Part shown: positions 26,883 to 33,800 of the stretch, in pieces
How positions within the stretch are numbered: position 1 is the first letter of the stretch
How the letters are laid out: each line of letters starts with the position of its first letter
Virus record (IMG/VR): IMGVR_UViG_3300012163_000004
Coordinates: 1 to 37,408 of that record
Strand: one strand, 5' to 3'
Length of the DNA stretch: 37,408 bases
DNA from: a virus
Lineage: Duplodnaviria > Caudoviricetes
Program-made: the position numbers and the translations under genes
Notes under the pieces: model-generated
What the model saw: only the letters and a program-made list of their open reading frames with translations
Databases searched by the model: none
What the model was told of the DNA's origin: nothing

Positions 26883-27006
26883 GCCGGTGCTCGAATGCTT
26901 CGCGACTCTCGAAGATTACATCGAGGCGATGATCGAGTGGAACTTCCAGGTTCGTTACGAGCGCGATCGCGAGTGGCTGCGCCGTCTCGGGGTGGCTTCG
27001 GAATGA
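26872..27006 (+). CDS. 44-aa peptide resembling the scaffold-protein motif (not in the ORF track)
   Basis: GGAGG RBS at about 26862. MPPKPVLECFATLEDYIEAMIEWNFQVRYERDREWLRRLGVASE; its stop overlaps the next ATG. Confidence 0.75.
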   Translation: MPPKPVLECFATLEDYIEAMIEWNFQVRYERDREWLRRLGVASE

Positions 27007-27119
27007 AGCCACTTCCTCGCGCCGGCGAACGGCGTCTCTCGGCCGCCGACCGCATCGCGTACGCGCTGATCGCCGGCGTCCTGATCCTCTGGGCGTTCCT
27101 CGACGGCGGCCTGCGATGA
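27003..27119 (+). CDS. 38-aa single-transmembrane peptide
   Basis: ATGA overlap; MKPLPRAGERRLSAADRIAYALIAGVLILWAFLDGGLR. Confidence 0.65.
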   Translation: MKPLPRAGERRLSAADRIAYALIAGVLILWAFLDGGLR

Positions 27120-27126
27120 TCCGGCG

Positions 27127-27513
27127 TCATCCTGTCCCGCCCGCCTTGGGCAGCTTGGATTGGATTTCTTCCAGTAGCTCGATCGACCTCCTGGTGGCCG
27201 CGAGGGACTCGGCGAGATTCTGATGCCGTTCCTCAAGCGTGGCGGGAATCACCCGCTCGAGTTCATCGGCGACCCAACGCGCCAGGTCCGGCGCGGCGTT
27301 CCCGTCCTCGTAGCTGCGGAGCGCAGACCGGGCCGCGAGCGCCACGGTAACGAGTCTCATAAACGGGCTCGAACCGTCCACGATCGGATCGTCGCCTTGG
27401 GCGAGGACCCATTCGAGCGCCTTAATCCAGATCTCGTTCTCTTCGGTCCCGGCGTTGGGACATCCGTTTTGAAAGTGCTTAAGCTGATTCTCGATCGCGC
27501 GGCGGCTTCTCAT
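27127..27513 (-). CDS. Hypothetical protein (128 aa)
   Basis: ATGA-coupled to the upstream minus-strand gene. Confidence 0.7.
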   Translation of the reverse strand: MRSRRAIENQLKHFQNGCPNAGTEENEIWIKALEWVLAQGDDPIVDGSSPFMRLVTVALAARSALRSYEDGNAAPDLARWVADELERVIPATLEERHQNLAESLAATRRSIELLEEIQSKLPKAGGTG

Positions 27514-27953
27514 GCCTTCGCCTCGCCGCCCAAAGGCACCGAACGCTTCTCGAAGTCGCCGTCCAACTCCTTCTGCATTTCCTCGGCGCGGTAATGGCGG
27601 AACTCGCCGATCATCAGCGTGGCGTGATCGTGTGGGAATGCCACTCTCTCGAGCAGAAACCGGAACAGGAACGACTCCGTGCGGGCCGATGTGGCAGCTT
27701 CCATGAGCGAGAGCGCCAGGTGTTGGGCGTCGAGCGGGTCGAGCTGCGCCTCGTAGTCGCCGAGCCTCAGAACGACCTTGCCACCGCTCGGTGACAGTAT
27801 GGTTTCGACCTCGAAGACGTTGGCTGGCGGCTTCAATACCGCCGCGAGGAGTTGTCGCACATCGTCGAGAAATCGCTTATCGAGTTCGGGATCGTTCGGC
27901 CGCCACTGCTTAATGAAGGCTTGCAGAGCGTCGTTGTAGCGTGGCTGCGGCAT
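27510..27953 (-). CDS. Hypothetical protein (147 aa)
   Basis: ATG lies 7 nt after a TAAGAT -10-like box on the minus strand. Confidence 0.7.
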   Translation of the reverse strand: MPQPRYNDALQAFIKQWRPNDPELDKRFLDDVRQLLAAVLKPPANVFEVETILSPSGGKVVLRLGDYEAQLDPLDAQHLALSLMEAATSARTESFLFRFLLERVAFPHDHATLMIGEFRHYRAEEMQKELDGDFEKRSVPLGGEAKA

Positions 27954-27976
27954 TCCGGATATCTTATGCTAGCCCC

Positions 27977-28579
27977 ATGAGCACTGTACCAATCCCGCCT
28001 TTGGTAGCGGTCTACGCCCGCGTGAGCACTGACGACCAATCCTGCGCCCTCCAACTGAATGAGTGTCGCGAGTACTGCGAGCGCCGCGGGTGGCGCGTAG
28101 CCGGCGAGTATGTCGACACGGGCTGGTCTGGCAGCAAGGCATCGCGGCCGCAGCTCGACAAACTCATGCGCGATGCGCGGGCCCACCGCTTCGATTGCGT
28201 CATGGTCTGGAAGGTCGACCGCTTCGGCCGCAGCGTCGTAAACCTGCTCGAGCATCTGCGGCTCCTCGAGAACTACGGCGTCCGGTTCCTGGTGATTAGC
28301 CAGTCGATCGACACCGACCAGGCCAGCCCCACATCGAAATTGTTGATGCACATCCTGGCCGCCGTCGCCGAGTTCGAGCGGTCGATGATCGGCGAGCGCG
28401 TGGCGGCCGGCCTGAAGGCGGCGAAGCGCCGCGGCGTGCAGCTCGGCCGGCGGCGGCTTGTCCTCGACCGGGACCAGGTCCGCAATCTGAAGCTGCTCGG
28501 CAAGTCGCATCGCCAGATCTGCTCGGAGCTGGGTTTGTCGATGGGCATGGTGATCCGCGCCCTCAAAACGGCGGCGTAG
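27977..28579 (+). CDS. Small serine recombinase (resolvase/invertase) with C-terminal HTH
   Basis: YARVSTDDQ catalytic motif, D.G.SGSK.SRP.L, VWKVDRFGRS, AEFERSMI.ERV.AGL..AK.RG..LGR and an HTH tail. Confidence 0.95.
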   Translation: MSTVPIPPLVAVYARVSTDDQSCALQLNECREYCERRGWRVAGEYVDTGWSGSKASRPQLDKLMRDARAHRFDCVMVWKVDRFGRSVVNLLEHLRLLENYGVRFLVISQSIDTDQASPTSKLLMHILAAVAEFERSMIGERVAAGLKAAKRRGVQLGRRRLVLDRDQVRNLKLLGKSHRQICSELGLSMGMVIRALKTAA

Positions 28580-28659
28580 TAGCTTCCGGCGATTTCGCCC
28601 GTTTGCCCATTTTGCCAGCCGTTCTGCCACCGCTTCTGCGCGTGAACACCGGCGGATGA

Positions 28660-28854
28660 CCGCACCACAAACCCTTTGCGAATCGCCCCAAAAGTTGTTG
28701 AATCTGCAACTCCTAGACCCTGCCGGTTAGCCGCACCACAATTACCTCTTTTTGGTGCAGAGGCTATAGTTCATAGTTTGCACAGACTTTCGCCACCCTG
28801 GATTTTCTGCACAAACAGCACCTTTTGCGACTCCCAACCCCCCTTCGTCGCAAA
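28660..28854. promoter_or_regulatory. Putative res-like site array downstream of the serine recombinase
   Basis: Non-coding, lower GC. CCGCACCACAA occurs at 28660 and 28731. Inverted pair GCACCACAA-8-TTTTGGTGC at 28733-28758. TTTGCGAC...GTCGCAAA inverted pair at 28824-28854. Confidence 0.5.
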
Positions 28855-29056
28855 CCAAAACCCGGCGTAAGCGCATGACGGGGCGGCGGTTAATACGCGA
28901 AAACGGGCATCGTAGGCGGGGTGCGCGGCGCGCAAGTCGGGCCGGCTGTTGTGCGTAGGGGCGAAATTAGAGGCGGGCGCGAGGCGAGCGGGTGCTCCAA
29001 AAACCCTTACTTGGCCGGGAGATCATTTCCCCAAAAAACCCAAATTCCCCTAACGG

Positions 29057-29518
29057 CTATTGCAGCGGAAGCCCTAAATCCTTGCGCGCCGGCGACTCGC
29101 GGGTATTTGCCAGACTCGCGAGGATCTCGTCGATGACTCGCTTCCGCCGGTCCAGTTCGCGCATGCTGGAGATCGCCCAAAACGTGACCACGAGCGAAAT
29201 AACAAACGCGAAGACTACGCTCCAAAATGGGGGCAGAAGCATCTGGAGTCGACCTGCGACAGAGCCGACCAGAATACCGACGAAGATACCGCCGATCATG
29301 CGTTTCATCGCAACGCCTCGTAGGGGATCTTCATCGGGACCGAGCAGGCCGGCGGCGACCAGGTGCCCCTGGATCTCGGTCGTCTCGCGCATGTAGTCGA
29401 CCTCGGTCAACTCATGCGCCCTGCCGTGCCAGCGCTCCGCATAGCTGTTGTCACCGAGGAGACGCCCGATACGGCCGCAGTAGAACCCAAACCGGAGCAG
29501 CATCTCTTCGCGCGTCAT
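29057..29518 (-). CDS. Hypothetical membrane protein (two TM segments in the C-terminal half)
   Basis: ATGA coupling; hydrophobic stretches IGGIFVGILVGSVAG and FWSVVFAFVISLVVTFWAI. Confidence 0.65.
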   Translation of the reverse strand: MTREEMLLRFGFYCGRIGRLLGDNSYAERWHGRAHELTEVDYMRETTEIQGHLVAAGLLGPDEDPLRGVAMKRMIGGIFVGILVGSVAGRLQMLLPPFWSVVFAFVISLVVTFWAISSMRELDRRKRVIDEILASLANTRESPARKDLGLPLQ

Positions 29519-30318
29519 TGAATCCCCGCCGGGTGCTTCGGCACGGCCTTGATCCGCCTGGATCCCGTGCGCGCCTCGACAGCGAGCGCCTCGACGCGCG
29601 ACTTGCCGATGCGGTCCTCGAGCACGCCAAGGCCGACCGTCGCCAGCTCGAGCAGCGTGTCCAGCCCGATCACCTCGAGCAGCTCGCGCATATCGCGGAC
29701 GCGGCGCTCGCGCTCGCGGGCCGACAGGTGCAGCAGGTAGACCTCGCCTTCGACCGTGCCGTCGGCGTCCGGTGGCGCGCCGTCGAACCAGCTTTTGATC
29801 GCCCGCTTCAGCGTCTCATACCGGGCCACGTCCGAGGCGCGGAGCTGCATCCGCCTGTCCAACTCGCCGTACTCGTCGATCATCCGGCGCTGCTCGACAT
29901 CGGCCGGGAGCGCCAGGTCAACGGAGGGCGCCGCCGGCTCCCGTGCCGGCCGGCGGCGCGTCATCTCCGTCTCTTCGGTGATCGGCACGGCCAGGTCGGC
30001 GCCGTGCTCGTCCACGAAGATCCGCGTATAGCCTTTCGAGTGCGGCGGCTCGGCGAACGGCGGCGCTTCCGGTTTTGCTCCCTCGTTTGAAGGCGCAGGC
30101 TCCGCGGCCGCGGCCGTCTTCCGCGGCCGGCCCATCGGCTTCGGATTGGAGCACTCGTGCCCGCGGGCTTCGGTCGCGCTCACAAATTCCTGTTTGCACC
30201 GATCGCAGGTAACGGGCTTCGGACGCCGGCCCGTCTTGACCTTGACTTTGGGAGGTTTCGGTGCCCGGCGGATGGTGGCGGCAGACGGGACGGGTGGAGA
30301 ATCTACTTCAGCAGCCAC
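29515..30318 (-). CDS. Hypothetical protein with a zinc-finger-like motif and basic GRPRK motifs
   Basis: CDRC..F......GHEC followed by MGRPRK; 267 aa. Confidence 0.7.
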   Translation of the reverse strand: MAAEVDSPPVPSAATIRRAPKPPKVKVKTGRRPKPVTCDRCKQEFVSATEARGHECSNPKPMGRPRKTAAAAEPAPSNEGAKPEAPPFAEPPHSKGYTRIFVDEHGADLAVPITEETEMTRRRPAREPAAPSVDLALPADVEQRRMIDEYGELDRRMQLRASDVARYETLKRAIKSWFDGAPPDADGTVEGEVYLLHLSARERERRVRDMRELLEVIGLDTLLELATVGLGVLEDRIGKSRVEALAVEARTGSRRIKAVPKHPAGIQ

Positions 30319-30360
30319 GAGACCAAGCCTACCGCAAGCCAGACCAGCAGCGGCGGATCA

Positions 30361-30549
30361 TCACGACGCCTGCCGCCGGTACGCCAGCTTCCTGCCCAGG
30401 TCGAGGATAGCCCCATAGTCGACGTTTACAGCCTCTCTGGTGCCCTTCAGCCGCACGGTGAGGTATCTGGGGTGCAGCGAGATGATCAACGCGCTGGAGC
30501 GCTCATGGACGTCAGTTTCGCGGACTACGATCTTGGTGAGCTTCGTCAT
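30361..30549 (-). CDS. Hypothetical protein (62 aa)
   Basis: Internal ATG MTKLTKIVVRET...; ATGA overlap with the upstream stop. Confidence 0.65.
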   Translation of the reverse strand: MTKLTKIVVRETDVHERSSALIISLHPRYLTVRLKGTREAVNVDYGAILDLGRKLAYRRQAS

Positions 30550-30797
30550 AATTCTCGGACTACGGGGTTGGGAGTCGCAAAAGGTTCCTTTGCTCGTCGC
30601 TCGAAGCGCCTCACATCGACGCCCAGGCATTCCATCCCATGCACCTCTAGACCGCCCAGATGCCGATGCGTCCACGCTGCCGACTCGAAGACGTATCGGA
30701 CCAGCGTGGTCACAGCCAGATCATCCCCGGTGAGCCGACAATTCCCCTCACACTCGACGCAACGTGCGGAGCCCTCGAAGTGATCGTGGATCATCAT
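30546..30797 (-). CDS. Hypothetical protein (83 aa, CxxC motif)
   Basis: ATGA-coupled on both sides within the leftward operon. Confidence 0.6.
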   Translation of the reverse strand: MMIHDHFEGSARCVECEGNCRLTGDDLAVTTLVRYVFESAAWTHRHLGGLEVHGMECLGVDVRRFERRAKEPFATPNPVVREL

Positions 30798-30955
30798 CGC
30801 CCGGCCGCCTCGCGTTCGATCATCTGCTTCTCCCGACGCCAGTCCTCAATCCCGAGCGTGGTGAGGTACGCCGGCGCGCCGGGGGGCTGCTGCTCCATCG
30901 CGGCGATCTCGGCGTCACACCGGGCGATCTCGCGGGCGAGTTCATCGGGGGTCAA
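30794..30955 (-). CDS. Hypothetical protein (53 aa)
   Basis: TTG start after AGGAGG; (M)TPDELAREIARCDAEIAAME...; this is the 3' end of the listed 439-aa ORF. Confidence 0.65.
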   Translation of the reverse strand: MTPDELAREIARCDAEIAAMEQQPPGAPAYLTTLGIEDWRREKQMIEREAAGR

Positions 30956-31093
30956 GCTGCCCCCTCCTGTCTTTTGTACTCGCGCGGTAGAATTCGTTTG
31001 TCCGGAGTCATGACCGGGCGCACTGGTTTGCGGGGTAGCGGCGGGGACGACTCCTCGATCTTCCGCCGCACCCGCAAGACTTCGAGGAGATAA

Positions 31094-32026
31094 ATGGAAT
31101 TCTCTACTTCTGAAGAGAAGCGCGTTTTCCCGTCGCTGGCCGCGACAGAGTACATAGTATCCACGATTTCTGGGCCGTGCCTCGCGTGTGAACGGGAAAT
31201 CCAATACGCGCAGCGTTGGCCCGCCGATGAGGAACACGCCCGCAAGCAGTTTGATCGGAAACGCCGTCAGATCCTGTTGTCTCAGCTTCGGGGGGAACGC
31301 CGCGGAGACGCCCCGAACGCTAGAACGATCGAAGGAATGGTCTGCTCTGAGTGCCGCGCGGAATATTCCAAGGCTCGCGAAGCTGCGTACCGGAAAGACG
31401 CCGCGGCGAAGGAAGCCGAACGGCAGAGGGTTGAAAGGCGGCGCCTGGAGCGCCAGCGACACTACGAGTGGCGCACGGTTTCTGTCGCTGAAATTGATCC
31501 CAGCCCCCAGTCGGCGGAGTTCCGCGTCGTCTTTCCCAACTTCGAACTCTGCGAAGTCCTTTTCCGCTGGCGCGCCGTGCCTGGGAAGGCGCGCGGCGAT
31601 TCCTACCTCATGAGAGTGGGGATGTGGGTGGATGGGAAACTCACGGCGCATTACTACGAATGGAACCTGCAGCCGCTCGATGACGCCGACAGGGACGAGC
31701 CGATGTTCTATGCGTCGGAGAATGACTGGCCAACATCGGATTTGTTCGCCCGCGGGTTTTGCCGTTGGATCGAGCGCGCTTTGCAACCACGTCTTCTCCT
31801 GATCGCCCACGATCAGCACTGGCGGCCGGGACAATACGCTGAACTGAATGCCGAGATTCCCCACTTCAGACCTGGAACCATACTGATCGAATGGCACGAC
31901 GGTTCCCGCTACGTTCATGTGCTGCCATCGCAGAATCTGCCGCTGGTTGCAGAGTGGGCGCAAAAGAATCTGGATATCCGCATTGAGGAACGTGCTTTCA
32001 GGGCGGTCCATCTCGACGTTTCTTAG
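31094..32026 (+). CDS. Hypothetical protein (310 aa), inserted opposite to its operon
   Basis: GAGGAG RBS; two CxxC motifs, a charged helix and a Trp/Tyr-rich C-terminal domain. Confidence 0.75.
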   Translation: MEFSTSEEKRVFPSLAATEYIVSTISGPCLACEREIQYAQRWPADEEHARKQFDRKRRQILLSQLRGERRGDAPNARTIEGMVCSECRAEYSKAREAAYRKDAAAKEAERQRVERRRLERQRHYEWRTVSVAEIDPSPQSAEFRVVFPNFELCEVLFRWRAVPGKARGDSYLMRVGMWVDGKLTAHYYEWNLQPLDDADRDEPMFYASENDWPTSDLFARGFCRWIERALQPRLLLIAHDQHWRPGQYAELNAEIPHFRPGTILIEWHDGSRYVHVLPSQNLPLVAEWAQKNLDIRIEERAFRAVHLDVS

Positions 32027-33203
32027 CCCATTCGATTGATTCGGCATCGAATTCGCCGGGGTGTGCCAACACGTAAGCCGCCTCGCCGTCCTTCCGCTGT
32101 TCATCTGACTCAATGGGCGGTGCCGCCCTTCTGAGAGTTTTCAACACCTCGGGGACCTGTTTCAGCAGCATGCCTACCGGGTTCCTCGTACCACGGTTGA
32201 TGCCGGCAGCCAGTTCATGAGTCGTTCTTGTGATTTCTTCGGCAGAGCAGTTTGGTTTGGCCCGCCGACACTCATCGATGAATGAGCGGGCGGCCTTTTC
32301 GGTCGTTCGGCCGTAGCTGCTGAGTGCCTCGAGAACAACAACAACAACGGCGCTGTCCTCTTCCAGCGGACTGCTGCGAGGCGGCACATCGGCTCTGTTG
32401 TTGTTGTTCTCTAGTAGTTCTCTGTCTTTCTCTGTATTCAATAATGATGCGGCCGCCACAGAAGCGTTGTACCCACCGTTGTACGGCGCTGATTCCTGGG
32501 GCTGTACGAAGGCTTGTACTGTTTGTACATGCTTCTCCAGGTCCGGAAGGATTTTCTGGATCCGCTCCTGCCGTGCTTGCAGTTCCTCCGGCGGCATGTT
32601 CTTCGGGTTGTGCTCCTGCCGGGTCCGCTGAAGCCCCCATGTCTTGAGATGCTCGTCGTCGTCACGGTCAAGAATCTCCCGCGCAGCTGCCATCAACTCG
32701 CGGAGAGAAGTGTCGCGCACGGTTTTTCGGAGCGCCCAGGTCGCCCAGAACTCGCGCTGCGTTTCCGCCGACCATTCCTTCACCTTTGCGATGATCGACG
32801 GCGGGAGGCCGGTGGTAGGCTGGCCCTCGTCCTCGTCGTCCTCGTCGATCTTCGGGATGACCTCACCACACAGAAACATCCGGCGTTTTCCTTCCGCGGC
32901 CGTTCCGTTGCGCCACAGTCCAAGATTGATGCCCTTCCGCCAGTAGAGATAGGCGTTCGCGAGGTCCATCTCAAGGTCGGCCGCGGCGTGCTCGATGTGG
33001 CGCTCGCTGCCGTTTTCGTCGACGGCATAGGGCGAGCGGTGCCCATAGGAAAGCGTGTGGTCGCACATCCATCCCCAGAACCGGTAAAGCGGCCCCCGTT
33101 TCTTCCCCCGCGTCCACCGGTGCTGGTCTGGGGGTATGGGGTTGTAGCCTTCACGGCCACCCATCTGCTTGATAAGCTTGACGTTATGCTGATGATCGGT
33201 CAC
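31998..33203 (-). CDS. Putative replication initiator
   Basis: N-terminal wHTH-like segment (IEHAAADLEMDLANAYLYWRKG), a repeat-containing linker, and a small C-terminal domain with RNPVGML. This is lambda O-like architecture. Confidence 0.65.
   Translation of the reverse strand: MTDHQHNVKLIKQMGGREGYNPIPPDQHRWTRGKKRGPLYRFWGWMCDHTLSYGHRSPYAVDENGSERHIEHAAADLEMDLANAYLYWRKGINLGLWRNGTAAEGKRRMFLCGEVIPKIDEDDEDEGQPTTGLPPSIIAKVKEWSAETQREFWATWALRKTVRDTSLRELMAAAREILDRDDDEHLKTWGLQRTRQEHNPKNMPPEELQARQERIQKILPDLEKHVQTVQAFVQPQESAPYNGGYNASVAAASLLNTEKDRELLENNNNRADVPPRSSPLEEDSAVVVVVLEALSSYGRTTEKAARSFIDECRRAKPNCSAEEITRTTHELAAGINRGTRNPVGMLLKQVPEVLKTLRRAAPPIESDEQRKDGEAAYVLAHPGEFDAESIEWAKKRRDGPP
32331..32528. other. 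Putative replication origin inside the rep gene
   Basis: Perfect 16-bp inverted repeat GAGAACAACAACAACA (32331-32346 and 32396-32411), an adjacent AT-rich tract, and five (T/C)TGTAC repeats at 32467, 32479, 32502, 32514 and 32523. Confidence 0.6.
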
Positions 33204-33505
33204 CGTGCATCTCCGGAGACCGCTTTGGAAATTGTATGTACATACAATTTCAATCTCCCCCCGATGGGCCGGGCGTCAGGCTCCCGGAAGGGGCCGGAAA
33301 TTGTATGTACATACAATTTTCCGCGGCGGCCGTTGACCGGGGCGGCGCGCTCGGCGCACTCCCGCCGGTTCCGGCAGACGATGCCACGGGGGCTACCCTG
33401 ATACTCCTGGTGGTGTCCGAACTCGCGCCGGCAGTCGGCGCAGCGGCGGGTGTGCCGTGTCTGGGAAGCCTGCTGATTCGATTCGGGGGCTAGTTCCACG
33501 TTCAT
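33200..33505 (-). CDS. Hypothetical protein (101 aa, CxxC...CxxxxxC)
   Basis: ATG after GAGAGGA; GTGA overlap with the rep start. Confidence 0.6.
   Translation of the reverse strand: MNVELAPESNQQASQTRHTRRCADCRREFGHHQEYQGSPRGIVCRNRRECAERAAPVNGRRGKLYVHTISGPFREPDARPIGGRLKLYVHTISKAVSGDAR
33227..33319. promoter_or_regulatory. Two copies of a perfect 22-bp palindrome upstream of rep
   Basis: AAATTGTATGTACATACAATTT at 33229-33250 and 33298-33319, 69 bp apart. Confidence 0.8.
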
Positions 33506-33710
33506 CAGTCCTCTCGTGAAATTAAGAACAATATGGGACTTGGAGGAACGCTGGGAAGGCTTTATGCTGGAGGGCGGGTAGCCTTTTCCGGCGTCCATTC
33601 AACTTGTGGCAGGGTAATAATCTTGGCGGATCGTGGCCCTGCGATGAGTCTTTCCGGCAGCCGGGGGGCGGCCTGATCGATGCATGTCTCGCATGTGGCC
33701 GGGCGTCTCG

Positions 33711-33744
33711 TACCCCGCTATAATGCGAGGCTTGTAGCGGGGTT
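33711..33744. other. Candidate lox-type recombination site (13-8-13)
   Basis: TACCCCGCTATAA-TGCGAGGC-TTGTAGCGGGGTT; arms are 11/13 complementary with an asymmetric 8-bp spacer; 56 bp upstream of the Cre-like gene. Confidence 0.7.
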
Positions 33745-33800
33745 AGCAGGGCAACTCCCGATTCGCTGACACCCCGAACGTCTTTACATTTGCGGTTGCG

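Larger units (their letters stand above)
28820..30585. repeat. Perfect 22-bp inverted repeat pair (28820-28841 and 30564-30585)
   Basis: ACCTTTTGCGACTCCCAACCCC on the + strand at 28820; its exact reverse complement GGGGTTGGGAGTCGCAAAAGGT at 30564. Confidence 0.9.

Noticed and set aside
28676-29396. Short ORFs in the region after the resolvase (28676, 28921, 28992, 29007)
   Set aside because: No RBS, atypical composition, and they overlap the repeat array or the minus-strand gene.
30794-32113. 439-aa minus-strand ORF
   Set aside because: Mostly the antisense shadow of the 310-aa plus-strand gene; only the last 53 codons have an RBS and look protein-like.
33227-33319. Palindromes as LexA/SOS boxes
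   Set aside because: They do not match the LexA boxes I know (CTGT-N8-ACAG, GAAC-N4-GTTC, GTTC-N7-GTTC); kept as unknown operators.
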